A DNA stretch of 64,000 bases from Candidatus Latescibacterota bacterium (GCA_965248265.1 CBDFJF010000002.1:3840001-3904000), one strand, 5' to 3'. Counted from the stretch's first letter, positions 51,548 to 61,780 are shown. Translations and numbers: made by a program. Notes: generated from the sequence alone by a model not told the origin.

Positions 51548-53591
51548 GTCGAGTAGCCGAGGCCCTGTCATGCGGCCCCGGCCCTCACCAGATCCCAGCG
51601 AGCAGATTTCCCGCACTGGGCTCCTCCATTGACACGTCTCGCGGTTAGGAAAACCAGATCGATACAACGATCCGGGGTCTTGGGAGTGGATACTGCCGGA
51701 GCAACCCCCGGTAGTATCGCTCCCACGTCAGGCGCGATCGCTGGCTACGTCGATTCAACCACTTGTACCACGCAAACATCGCTGCGGTAGTGAGTTGGGT
51801 TACGCTGTTCCCATTCCCGCTGATACCGAAGTAGTTGATGTGGCCTTGGATGCGCCTTACGAGGTCGGCGTGCTGCTTTGGTATCGGCCAGTTCCGATGG
51901 CGACGGCACAGCCGATACAGGGCCTGCACAGACCGCTTGAGCCGATCACGCCGTGTCTTGCTCGTCAGCACCCATCGACCATTCGGGGCTCTCCGCCAAA
52001 ACCACGTGAAACCCAGAAGGTCGAAGGTACCTGGCCCTTTACCCTTCGTCTGCTCCTGTGGTGGCCGCTCGAAAGGGATGAGCCGGGTCTTGTCTGGCTG
52101 CAGGGTTAGTCCGTATTTGTCCAGCCGCTTGCTCAGCACTGCCCTCACGCGCTCGGCATCCTCCGGCAGTTCGAAACCAATGATGAAATCATCGGCGTAT
52201 CGGACCAACGTTGCTCTACGACGCAACCGTGGTCTGATCTCGACTTCAAACCACTCGTCGAGGACGTGGTGCAGGTAGAGGTTGCCAAGCAGTGGCGACA
52301 AACAGGAGCCCTGTGCGGTGCCTCGGTCCGGCGTAGAAAACTGTTCGCCATCCAGCACCCCAACGTGCAAGCACTTCCCCACGAGCCGGGTGATCGACCC
52401 ATCGGGAATCCGCTCCCGGAGAAACTCCATCAGTTTGGATCGATCCAAACTGTCGAAGTAGGATGTAATATCCGCCTCCAGAATGACCTTCGCTTCCCCG
52501 TTCATCACCACCCGATTCAACACCCGCAGAGCGTCGTGGGCACTGCGTCCCGGACGGTAGCCGTATGAGCAATCCCGAAAGTCCTGCTCGTAGACCGCCG
52601 ACAGCACCTCGCGTAACGCCTCCTGGACAATCTTGTCCTCGAAGCACGAGATGCCAATGGGACGAGTCTTCTTGCCTTTGCCGTCCTTGGGGATGTGGAC
52701 TCTACGAATGGGCTGGTGGCGCCACCGCTTAGTGCGCAGTCGCCGGTGCAGATCCTGCAGATTCCTCTCCAGGTCCTGCCCATACTGCTCCTTGGTCACG
52801 CCATCTACCCCGACTGCAGCGCTCGGCTTTTGATGGTCGAACGCCCTACGCAGAGCTTCCACGTCGATCAGGTGTGCCAGCGAGTGAAACTTGGCCTGCG
52901 GCTCTCGCCTCGCTCTCTCCGCTACCTCCAAAAGTCCCGGTGACATGGACCCCGAAGTCAATGCATCGGTCATGGTGCCCTCCTGAAGTTCGTGTCAACA
53001 CGGACCGCCTTGGCTCCGCCGGGTCCAGCTGCCAACCGTTCCCCGACTTCTCAGCTACTACACGGTCCTCCGACTCCCCATGCTCCATCGGTCGCCGCTC
53101 CGGTTCCCCTCGCAAACGACCTACCACGGTGCCCACGCTTGTTCTTAATCGGCCACGCGTGCGTGTGCTGACGCGTGGCGCGTCGGAGACTTCTTCACCG
53201 GCTCTCCGTAGCACCGGAATCAATCCGTGGAGAGGCTGGGGCCTCCCAGGTTCCTGGGTCATCCTCTGCGAGCGTGCCCTGGTCGTATCACACCCCGCCG
53301 GGGTGTCGTCGCCTTGCCCACATAACGCCGACGACACTGCTGCCTTCAGGTAATCCGGCACCCTCAGCTATCCCGGAACGGTCTCATTTCAGGGCCGCAA
53401 TCCCACAGCCCGCTCGCTCACTGCCCTACTGCTTCGCCTGCCCCGTTACCGGGAACACACGCAAGGGCTCGTTTCTGGCCTGCCGGGCTCAGCTTTGGCC
53501 AGGCGGGTTTTGCACCCGCGGGACGACTAACCGTATTTCAAGAAAGTATCACCTCCTTCTATTCCTACGGACCAGACTTGCCTGGTCGCAT
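51548..53591 (-). mobile_element. Group II intron (IIB-type, probably bacterial class E-like)
   Basis: 5' ATGCGACCAGG; D5 GAGGAGCCCAGTGCGGGAAATCTGCTCGCTGGGATC; D6 ending CTACTCGAC; EBS1 CCGGAU (53353-53358) pairs with IBS1 GUCCGG; internal RT ORF. Confidence 0.88.
51645..52973 (-). CDS. ltrA: Group II intron reverse transcriptase/maturase, no endonuclease domain
   Basis: GVDG, RRVHIPK, RPIGI, SYGYRPGRS, ADITSYFD, GTAQGS.LSP, RYADD, FDLLGF, X domain GHINYF. Confidence 0.95.
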   Translation of the reverse strand: MTDALTSGSMSPGLLEVAERARREPQAKFHSLAHLIDVEALRRAFDHQKPSAAVGVDGVTKEQYGQDLERNLQDLHRRLRTKRWRHQPIRRVHIPKDGKGKKTRPIGISCFEDKIVQEALREVLSAVYEQDFRDCSYGYRPGRSAHDALRVLNRVVMNGEAKVILEADITSYFDSLDRSKLMEFLRERIPDGSITRLVGKCLHVGVLDGEQFSTPDRGTAQGSCLSPLLGNLYLHHVLDEWFEVEIRPRLRRRATLVRYADDFIIGFELPEDAERVRAVLSKRLDKYGLTLQPDKTRLIPFERPPQEQTKGKGPGTFDLLGFTWFWRRAPNGRWVLTSKTRRDRLKRSVQALYRLCRRHRNWPIPKQHADLVRRIQGHINYFGISGNGNSVTQLTTAAMFAWYKWLNRRSQRSRLTWERYYRGLLRQYPLPRPRIVVSIWFS

Positions 53592-53715
53592 CCGGACACA
53601 GAGTCCGATGGGCACCAACAGGACCCGATCGGAAACGATCAACGACGATAGAGGATTCAAATCGTACCCCTGTGCTGGGTCCGCATTGATTCGTGATCCG
53701 CAACGGGCTGCTTTC

Positions 53716-54105
53716 ATGAGGTCAAAATCTATGTACTATGCCGTCTTGCTTCTCCTGGCTAGCTGTGCTTCTCATGGCACTGGCAGCTCAGCGCTCATTG
53801 GGGATTGGACCATCGAGATGACTAAGCATGACCATCACATCAAAAAGACGATGAGGTTTGAAGCAGATGGTGTATACCAGGTTGTGATGAAAACGAGAAT
53901 GGCTGCAGCAAATGCAGACACTCAGTGGCGCGAACACACAGAGATTGGCACTTGGCGGATCGATGGCGACACCCTGTTCACGCATTTTGCGACTCTGGAT
54001 GTGCATCCGAAAATGCTTTACACAGTGAGAAGCGACACTCTTTTCCTTGGAGCGACATATGACGGCACTACTAGGTTCGTCCCCCACCTCAGAGAGATAG
54101 AATGA
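53716..54105 (+). CDS. Lipocalin-like lipoprotein (cassette)
   Basis: LLASC lipobox, LIGDW, F.ADG, GTWRIDGDTL. Confidence 0.65.
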   Translation: MRSKSMYYAVLLLLASCASHGTGSSALIGDWTIEMTKHDHHIKKTMRFEADGVYQVVMKTRMAAANADTQWREHTEIGTWRIDGDTLFTHFATLDVHPKMLYTVRSDTLFLGATYDGTTRFVPHLREIE

Positions 54106-54283
54106 ATGCCGTTTCGGCGACAACTGTCGCTGGTCTGTGACGTCGCTATACGCAATTCGCTCAAGCGCCGGTCGGAGACAGAATCCGACGGTCAGCTGAC
54201 CCTCGAATCTTCCTTGTGATTGTTCGAGGCCGAGTCCATCTTCCCCTGTTGAGCCCTGGACGCCTCGGCGTTGGAGAGAAATC

Positions 54284-54718
54284 GTGGAGGAACCCTTCAA
54301 CGTCACACTTGAGGAACGCCCCACGAACGAGGACCTGGAAATCGTTCGCAAAGGGCTCGCATCCTACAACAGAGCGAACGCACCCGAAGACGACCACCAA
54401 CGCATGTCGATCCTTCTACGCGACGCCAATGATCTCGTGATCGGTGGTGCGCTTGGCGGGACGTATTGGGGCTGGCTTTACATCGACTGGCTTTGGGTAG
54501 ATGAACCGGCTCGTCGGAGCGGGTACGGCAGTGCTCTACTTGCTGCTGCGGAGCGGGAAGCCGTTGAGCGTGGATGCCGATACGTACATCTCAACACTCA
54601 CTCGTTCCAAGCTGTGGAGTTCTACGAGCGCCACGGATATCGCAAGGCGGGTGAATTGCCGAACCTACCATCGGGACATATCAAGTTCCTGCTCTGGAAG
54701 GAATTGCCCGAGCGGTAA
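54284..54718 (+). CDS. GNAT acetyltransferase
   Basis: LWVDEPARRSGYGSALL, TH SFQAVEFYERHGY. Confidence 0.92.
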   Translation: MEEPFNVTLEERPTNEDLEIVRKGLASYNRANAPEDDHQRMSILLRDANDLVIGGALGGTYWGWLYIDWLWVDEPARRSGYGSALLAAAEREAVERGCRYVHLNTHSFQAVEFYERHGYRKAGELPNLPSGHIKFLLWKELPER

Positions 54719-54796
54719 TTAGTCCGATGCTTGGTTCGTCGGGAAACGACCGAACTGACGCGAAATTGTCCGTCCACCCACAAAGCATAGTCTGCA

Positions 54797-55597
54797 ATGA
54801 CTGATTCTAATCTTCCACGCAAACGAGCATCCCATCGCGAAATGTTAAGGGACGCCTGGGGCGACTACCACGAAGCCTACATGGACTTCAACCTGAAAGA
54901 GGTGCCGGACTTTCACAGGCGGTACGCTGAGGGCGCTGTCACGCTAGACTCTGATGTCGTGGAACTCGTTGGTGATGTGTCCGGGACGCATCTCCTGGAT
55001 ACCTGCTGCGCCGGTGACGCGAAACAGGCTTTCTCTTGGGAGAATCTAGGGGCGCGAGTCACGGCCTGTGACATCAGTCCGGTGGCGATTCGAATTGCGA
55101 AAGAAAACGCAGCCAAGATCGATTCGAACGTCACGTTCGTCGAAGCTGATGCACAGACCTTGGACCCGATACCCAACAATAGCATCGATATAGTGGTTGC
55201 CACATACATCTGCTGGTTCGAGGATCTGTTTTTGTGCTGCCGCAACTGGCATAGAGTCCTAAAGACCGCTGGTCGATTGGTTCTGACCCAGGGCAATCCA
55301 GTTATGGAGTGCCTATCGGAGCGCGATGGCATCTTCACGGTCGAAAGAGACTACTTCGATACATCACCCGAGTACTACCGCTTTGATGGAACTCCGTTAG
55401 CTGATAAACACGGCGGTTGGAAGGGAGAGCGAGAAATCGTCGAGTTCTTCCATCCCTTCGCTGAGGTTGTGAATGCGATCGCCGATGCCGGATTTCACAT
55501 TCGACGACTTCAAGAATTGGAGAGTTGGGATAATGTCGATAGTGAGAAGGATGTACCACGACTCCCGGTAGGAATGGCCATCTTGGCAGAAGCGTGA
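54797..55597 (+). CDS. Class I SAM-dependent methyltransferase
   Basis: LLDTCCAG, GARVTACDIS, ADAQ, RVLK..G. Confidence 0.85.
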   Translation: MTDSNLPRKRASHREMLRDAWGDYHEAYMDFNLKEVPDFHRRYAEGAVTLDSDVVELVGDVSGTHLLDTCCAGDAKQAFSWENLGARVTACDISPVAIRIAKENAAKIDSNVTFVEADAQTLDPIPNNSIDIVVATYICWFEDLFLCCRNWHRVLKTAGRLVLTQGNPVMECLSERDGIFTVERDYFDTSPEYYRFDGTPLADKHGGWKGEREIVEFFHPFAEVVNAIADAGFHIRRLQELESWDNVDSEKDVPRLPVGMAILAEA

Positions 55598-55605
55598 CTC
55601 TTCGC

Positions 55606-55686
55606 GTCACACGTCCGTGTCCCACTTTGGCTTTGGCACGCATTGGCGCAACCGCGGCTCAGCAAATGGGAGCTCGTCCCGGTAAT
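55606..55686 (+). other. Eroded attC remnant
   Basis: ACACGTCCGTGTCCC resembles the 62770 attC; TCCCACTTTG/CAAATGGGA stem with one bulge; AAC and GTT cores lost. Confidence 0.4.
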
Positions 55687-55945
55687 CACTTCTACAGACC
55701 GATGCTCGGTTTTACCCGATATTTTGTGTTACGACCAAAAGTTCGTGTACCAACCCGTTTTTCTGAAATTACGCGCACCTTTTGTTCACATATAAGCAGT
55801 TATGAGAAATGCCAAAAGCTTGCTCCATATTTCGTGTTGATTGCAAGTCGTTAGTTTTTGTCCAAGATGCTCGCCATGGTTATTTGTTTGAGCGGGGGAT
55901 CGTAACAGCCTACGTCTACAATTTTTTGGAAGGATAAGGTCTCCT

Positions 55946-58900
55946 ATGATAGCCAGACCCAAAGGCACTGCCAGGCGAGTAATCAAGGCCGTCGCGCTGG
56001 TCACAGCGGGCCTCGCGTTCCCAGCCACAGCTCAATTCTACGAGCGAGCTACCGCCTATCGAACACCCACACCCATCCAGATCGACGGTCAGCTCGATGA
56101 GGTCTCGTGGACCCTGGTCGCGCCCCTGGGACCGTTCAGAGATATAGAGTCGGGTGAAGCGGTGACTGCGACGACCTTGGCGCGCCTACTCTGGGACGAC
56201 GACAATCTTTACATAGCCTTTGAGTGCGAGGATGCTGACATCCAGGCCACGAAGACGGGTCGAGACCACAGACTCTTCGAGGAAGACGTGGTAAATATTA
56301 CACTGGGCTTGGCAACACAGGGTGAAGTCATCGACATCGAAATAAACCCTCTCAACGCTTTCAGCGATACGTACTATGCGGGGCGCTGGCAGGACGAAGA
56401 GGTGGATAGAGATTGGGACGCCGTGGGCATACAAACCGGCGTGCATGTAAGGGGCACGATTTCCGATTCCGAGGACCGGGACCAGAAATGGACCGTGGAA
56501 GTGGCAGTCCCCTGGCAACTCTTTGAATCTTTTGACCAAAGGAGTCGTCCTCTCCCCCCCACCGATGGAGATCTATGGCGCTTGGGTCTGTTCCGCGTCG
56601 AACGCTCCGCCACTGAAGGGGCCTTTGAGGCACAGGCTTGGTCTCCCACGAAAACCCTAAGTACTGGCTGGCCCGAACGATTTGGCGCCGTCCTTTTCTC
56701 CACCGCGACCGTGGCATTCGAACGGCCCGTTTTGACGCTCCAAGGTTTCCAGCTTGGCGGCCTTTCTGGTGCAGCACGGCACCGTGATTTGTCCGCCTCA
56801 GGCGGGGAACAGACGCTCAGACTTGTGCTCAGAAACCACGCGCCCCGTGCGACGGGCATGGTCACGGCTCTGCTGCGGAGCGAGAATCCCCTGGTAGCGG
56901 TGCTGGATTCGCTGGTCAACATCGGAACGATTGACGGCGAGACCGAGGTGCTGACCGATGCCTTCCGTGTCCAGGTCGGCGATGGCTATACAGCACAAAG
57001 GCCATTGCCGATGCTGCTCTTGCTCAAAGACAACGACGGCCGACGATGGATCGAGAGTCTGGACCTCTACCTCGACGGCATAGAAGACCGGCCTTACACG
57101 CTTGGCGACATCGAGGGTGAGAAGAAAATCACTCTGGTGAAGAAGTGGCGCTACCATGCCGCGACGACCTCTTATGGGCCGAGCCACACTACGACGATAG
57201 CGAGTGGGAGTTGGTCAACCCGCTGCTGTTACCCGGCAGCCTGCCTCAGGATGGTTGGCCGGGCCGCGGTTGGTTCCGCGTGCGCGTCGCCATCGACTCC
57301 ACCCTGTGGAATGTGCCCCTGGCCCTTGAGCACGTGCAGACAGGCGCATCTGAAATCTATCTGAACGGCCGACTTCTCTATTCTTCCGGCAAGATCGGAG
57401 CAGACCAAAACGAAGAAGAACCCTATGTGGAAATCTTCGCAGGGACTGATCCCAGATCGTTCATTTTCGATCGGCAATACGACCAGGTTATCGCCGTCCG
57501 CTATTCAAATCTCTCCCTCGATAAATTCCACTTGCACCACTTTCAGGGAGGGTTTGGTCTGGTCTTGGCAGACTTGAACGAGAGCATTGGCAATCGTGTC
57601 GAATGGGTCTCGAAGCAGAGAGTAGCACAAGCGATAACCACATCCGTCGCCGCGCTGCTTGCCCTCCTGCATTTGATGCTTTTTCTGTTTTACCCCAAGG
57701 CGCGGGAAAACCTCTACTACGCCATCGCGACGGCTCTTTTCGCGGTTTTCTTCTACTCCATCGTACAATGGTCCCGCGAGACGGATCCTGAGTTGATGTT
57801 CTACGGCTTCCATGTCATGGAAGTGTCCGTTTACCTTGCCCTCATCGCGACCCTACGCTTTGTGTATGCTGCTTTTTACGAGAGCTTGCCCAGGCTATTC
57901 TGGATCCTGTTCGCCTTGAGCCTGATTGCGAACATATTCGAATTCCACCGCGATAGTGGTCCCCCGCTCGCCATGGCTGCAAGTGTTCTGCTCCTAATCG
58001 CGGAGCTGTTGCGATCCATGTTCAAGCAGATCCTCGCTCGAAAACCAGATACGTGGATCATTGGCATGGGATTCCTCTGCTTGATGATGGGCATGGTCCA
58101 TTTCGTAATGGTTGTGTTTGACGTCATCTTGCCAATCGTTGACGGCCCTGCCCACCTCTGGGGCATGCTGGCACTGCTGGCATCGATGTCCGTTTACCTG
58201 ACCCGCACCATCGCTCAGACGAACAAGGACAGAGATTTTGTCCAGGGCGCCTTTGGCCAGTACCTCTCCCCCGCCGTTGTCGATGAGCTCATGGCCAACC
58301 CCGACATGGTCAACCAGCTCGGCGGTGAAGAGCGTGTCATGACTGCCCTGTTCTCCGACATCGCCAGTTTCTCTACCATCTCCGAGCGCCTCACCCCCGG
58401 CGAGCTCGTGCACTTCATCAACGAATATCTAAGTGAGATGTGCGCCATCATCGAAGAGTACGGCGGCACCATCGACAAGTTCGAGGGTGACGCTATTGTC
58501 GCGTTCTTCGGCGCACCCCTCCACTTCGACGACCATGCCGAGCGAGCCACCCGCGCCTGCCTTGATCAGCAGCAAAAATTGGTAGAATTGCGCCAGCGCT
58601 GGAACGAAGACGGAGCGTTACCCCCAGCGTTGTGCGAGTTGCGCTCCCAATGGCAGGCAGAAGGCCGCGTGTTCGCCCAGGTGCGCATGGGCCTGGCCGC
58701 CGGCCCAATGGTGGTGGGGAATATGGGCTCGCAGAACAGAACCGACTATACCATGATGGGCGATACGGTTAACCTGGCCGCCCGCTTTGAAAGCGGCCAG
58801 AAGATCTATGGCACCGATATCATGGTTAACGAACAGATCTACGAGCGGGTCAAAGAGCTGGTCGAGGCTCGCCAACTCGACGTGATCCAGGTGATGGGCA

Positions 58901-59157
58901 AAGAGGAGCCGGTAACGGCTTATGAGGTGCTGGCTCGCAAGGACCACCTGAGCGCAGAAAAGCGGGAGACGCTGGCCCTCTACAATCAGGGCTTGGCGGC
59001 CTACCACGCCTTCGAGTTCACCGAAGCGCTGCGACTCTTTGAGAAGGCGCTCGAACTGGACCCCCAGGATGGCCCTGCGCTGCTTTATGTTGATCGCTGC
59101 AAGGAATTCGCTGCGGATCCGCCGACAGATCTGGTTTTTCGGGCTCGGGCTAAGTAA
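55946..59157 (+). pseudogene. CBM9-like + 7TM + class III adenylate cyclase + TPR protein, split by a 1-nt deletion near 57161
   Basis: IDGQLDE..W, LWDDDNLY, WTVEVAVPW. KWRYHA continues into DDLLWAEPHYDDSEW only in another frame. Cyclase motifs FSDI, DKFEGD, DYTMMGDTVNLAARFES. Confidence 0.8.
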
Positions 59158-59191
59158 CTAACGCCTAAACAAAGCCGGGAGGTGGCACATC

Positions 59192-59280
59192 TCATAACAA
59201 GCGCGTTTCCGCTGCGCGGCTTGCGCCGCTTGGCCTCTGGCAACCCACTTTGTGGGTTCGGAAACGCCTGCACGTTATAT
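59192..59280 (+). other. attC site (branched family)
   Basis: TCATAAC..CGTTTCCG...CGGAAACG..GTTATAT. Confidence 0.85.
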
Positions 59281-59305
59281 GAAATTGAGAATAGGTGACC
59301 ACAAT

Positions 59306-59629
59306 ATGAGACTTCATGGCGTTTTAACTTGGTTCACAGCTAACCGACACGGACTGATTCTTGGCCTTGTTGTTGGCGTGATTGCTCCGCCGTTTCTTGC
59401 GATGTTCGGGCTTGTCATTGCGTCCCCTGAGGTTGTACGCCCCCTCCTTATCGGACCATTTGATCTCATGGGAAGCTTCATTCCTTCCGTCTTAACCTCA
59501 CCGAACAGCGGCTACATTCCCTGGTACAAGTGGATTCTGACTTTGGGATTTAACGGTATCTGTTATTCTATGTTGGGCGGAATTGTTCAAAGCGTCATCC
59601 GCTTCTGGGCCTCTACACGTGAACGGTAG
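59306..59629 (+). CDS. Hypothetical membrane protein (cassette, lower GC)
   Basis: ORF directly after an attC; hydrophobic segments. Confidence 0.6.
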   Translation: MRLHGVLTWFTANRHGLILGLVVGVIAPPFLAMFGLVIASPEVVRPLLIGPFDLMGSFIPSVLTSPNSGYIPWYKWILTLGFNGICYSMLGGIVQSVIRFWASTRER

Positions 59630-59639
59630 TCTCAAGGTC

Positions 59640-60953
59640 TGCAGCAACCGGGCTGATAGGTAACAGTCTAAACCGGGTTGATGGGTGACACTATTGTTTT
59701 GATTGAATTCACTCCCGTACGATCATGTCCCTCTCGTCGACGGTGGCTAGGAGGACGGTGTTGAAGTAGATGGCCCAGACGCCGTCGTCGATCTCCTCGA
59801 GACCGATGTCGAGATGCTTGAGAGACTGAGCGATGAAGATGAGCTTGTGGCCGAGGCGTATGGTCCCGGCTCGGGTGACGTGCTTGATGACGAAGTGACC
59901 GGGGTACTCAATGGTCGGCATGCGGCCGGGATAGGGCCGGGGTGATGGGTGGTACCGGGAGCCAGGAGTCTTGCCGTTGAGGGCGTCATGGGGACGCTCG
60001 TCGTTGTAGAGCTGTCGGAAGCGCTGGAAGGATCGCTGCTGGGCGGCCTTGTTGGCGGCGGGTGGCCGACAGGTAGCGGCCTTCAAGGTGCGATGCATGC
60101 GTTCGTGGGCGCCATTTTCCTGCGGCGATGCCGGGCGGATCCGCTGGTGCACGATGCCGAGCCTCATCCACCAAACGTTGAGTCGGCATAGCCCATGCAA
60201 TCCTCTGGAAGCAAAGGGAACGCCGTTGTCGGTGCGAATGGCCTGAGGCAGGCCGAATTCGCGGAAGGCTCTCTCGAAGACCGGACGCGCATGCAAGGTC
60301 TTGATGTCGGGCAGGGCGCGGCAGGTCAGGAGATAGCGAGTGTGCTGATCGCTGATGGTGAGAGGGAAACACCAAACTCCGTTCTTGGTAGGAAATTGGC
60401 CTTTGAAGTCGGCCGTCCACAGATCGTTGGGGTTGTCGGTGGTCGGCGGCACGGCTCCGGGGTGCTGACGTGGGCGTCGTCGTCGTCGCTTCTTCACCAG
60501 GCCTTCGCGCACCAGCAGATCGCCTGCCGTACTGACCGCCGGCCAGGAGCAGATGTGCGGATGTCGAGGCGCCAGCCAGTCCAACAGTTTGTTCGGTCCC
60601 CAATCGGGGTGCCGTGTGCGCGCTCCGAGAATGAGCTCGGCAATCTCTGGCGCCATGCGATGCGGACAGGTGTGGGGCGCGTGACTGCGGTCCTGTAACC
60701 CGGGCACCCCCTCTTCGGCGTGCCGCTGAAGCCACTTGTATCCGGTTTTGCGGCTGATCCCGTATCGCTCGCACAGCTCCGCTCTCGAGTAGTGCCCGCG
60801 CTGATCGTCGGCGATAAATCGCTTACGTTGTTCCATGGGTGCTGTCTCCATCCAGGGCATCGACCAACCTCCCAATTGGGGTTGGTCAAAAAGTAGAAGG
60901 AGTGTCACCCATCAACCCGGTCAGATGTGTTACCAATCTACCCGGTTTGTACC
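59640..60953 (-). mobile_element. IS481-family insertion sequence
   Basis: About 53-bp imperfect terminal IRs sharing AACCGGG..GAT.GGTAACA..ACCGGGTTGATGGGTGACACT; GTC flanks both ends (possible 3-bp TSD). Confidence 0.85.
59709..60860 (-). CDS. IS481-family DDE transposase
   Basis: MPWME..ELCERYGISRKTGYKW HTH; WTADFKG, TDNG.PF, NG.HERMHRTLK, YNDERPH. Confidence 0.93.
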   Translation of the reverse strand: MPWMETAPMEQRKRFIADDQRGHYSRAELCERYGISRKTGYKWLQRHAEEGVPGLQDRSHAPHTCPHRMAPEIAELILGARTRHPDWGPNKLLDWLAPRHPHICSWPAVSTAGDLLVREGLVKKRRRRRPRQHPGAVPPTTDNPNDLWTADFKGQFPTKNGVWCFPLTISDQHTRYLLTCRALPDIKTLHARPVFERAFREFGLPQAIRTDNGVPFASRGLHGLCRLNVWWMRLGIVHQRIRPASPQENGAHERMHRTLKAATCRPPAANKAAQQRSFQRFRQLYNDERPHDALNGKTPGSRYHPSPRPYPGRMPTIEYPGHFVIKHVTRAGTIRLGHKLIFIAQSLKHLDIGLEEIDDGVWAIYFNTVLLATVDERDMIVRE

Positions 60954-60962
60954 GTCAACTTC

Positions 60963-61053
60963 ACCTAACAGCGCGTTTTGCGCTGCGGCGCGTTCGCGCC
61001 TTGGCCTTCGCCAACCCGCATTCGCGGGTTCGCAAACCGGCAAACCGTTAGCC
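60963..61053 (+). other. attC site (branched family)
   Basis: ACCTAAC..GTTTTGCG...CGCAAAC..GTTAGCC. Confidence 0.87.
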
Positions 61054-61155
61054 GAAAGCAGGTAGAATTCATTGCGGAAGCGTATCGACTGAACCTTTAG
61101 TTCTCATCAGGGACCAATTTCACGATCCACGCTGTGCTTGACAGGGAGAGATTCT

Positions 61156-61608
61156 ATGTCGGCCATACATCACATTGGACTTCGCGTCTCGACCAGCGGT
61201 GAGCGGGCGAAGGGTTTTTACGACGCAGTGCTGGAGGGCCTGGGATTTTCGTCACCTTCAAGTAACGGGGTGTACCTAAAGGATGATCTGATTGTTCTGG
61301 TTGCTCCCGCAGAGCATAAGGAGAAACATAAACACGGAGCGATCGGTTTGGGCCATCTGGCTTTTTCGGTCGATTCACGGGAAGCAGTGGACACGTTTTA
61401 CAATGAAGTGCTTCTCAACCTGGATGGTGTCACTATCGAAGACCCACCAGTTGACTGCCCGGAGTACGGATACGAGGAGTACTACGCCACATTCTTCTAC
61501 GACGTAGACGGCATCAAACTGGAAGTTGTCTACTCAAAGGGGATTTGCACCTGGGCGGAAGCGGAGCCGGTTCGACCATTCAGGCGAAGTTCAGATCAAG
61601 CTTCGTAG
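61156..61608 (+). CDS. VOC/glyoxalase family protein (cassette)
   Basis: IHHIGLRV, HLAFSV.SR..VD, YYATFF.D.DGIKLEVV. Confidence 0.9.
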   Translation: MSAIHHIGLRVSTSGERAKGFYDAVLEGLGFSSPSSNGVYLKDDLIVLVAPAEHKEKHKHGAIGLGHLAFSVDSREAVDTFYNEVLLNLDGVTIEDPPVDCPEYGYEEYYATFFYDVDGIKLEVVYSKGICTWAEAEPVRPFRRSSDQAS

Positions 61609-61644
61609 GGCGCTCACTGCGGCAATGCAGAAGTTATCGCCTTC

Positions 61645-61737
61645 GGCTAACAACACGTTTGCCGCTGCGCCGCCCTTTGGGCGTCTTGGCCTGCGGCAAC
61701 TCGCTTCGCGAGTTCGGCAACCGGTGAAACGTTATCG
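61645..61737 (+). other. attC site (branched family)
   Basis: GGCTAAC..GTTTGCCG...CGGCAAC..GTTATCG. Confidence 0.88.
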
Positions 61738-61780
61738 GTAATGGGGTGATGCGGTTAGACCAACATGAGAGGAGGACAAA

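Noticed and set aside
51645-52973. RT as a retron, DGR or defence RT
   Set aside because: It has a maturase X domain and is enclosed by group II intron D5/D6 and an EBS1-IBS1 pair. No template/variable repeat pair was seen.
53578-53715. N-terminal extension of the lipocalin-like ORF interrupted by the intron
   Set aside because: The frame is open after intron removal (MPVRTQSP..), but the lipoprotein signal begins at 53716/53731, so the extension is probably fortuitous.
55811-55825. Sigma54 promoter upstream of the cyclase gene (TGCCAAAAGCTTGCT)
   Set aside because: It lacks the invariant -24 GG.
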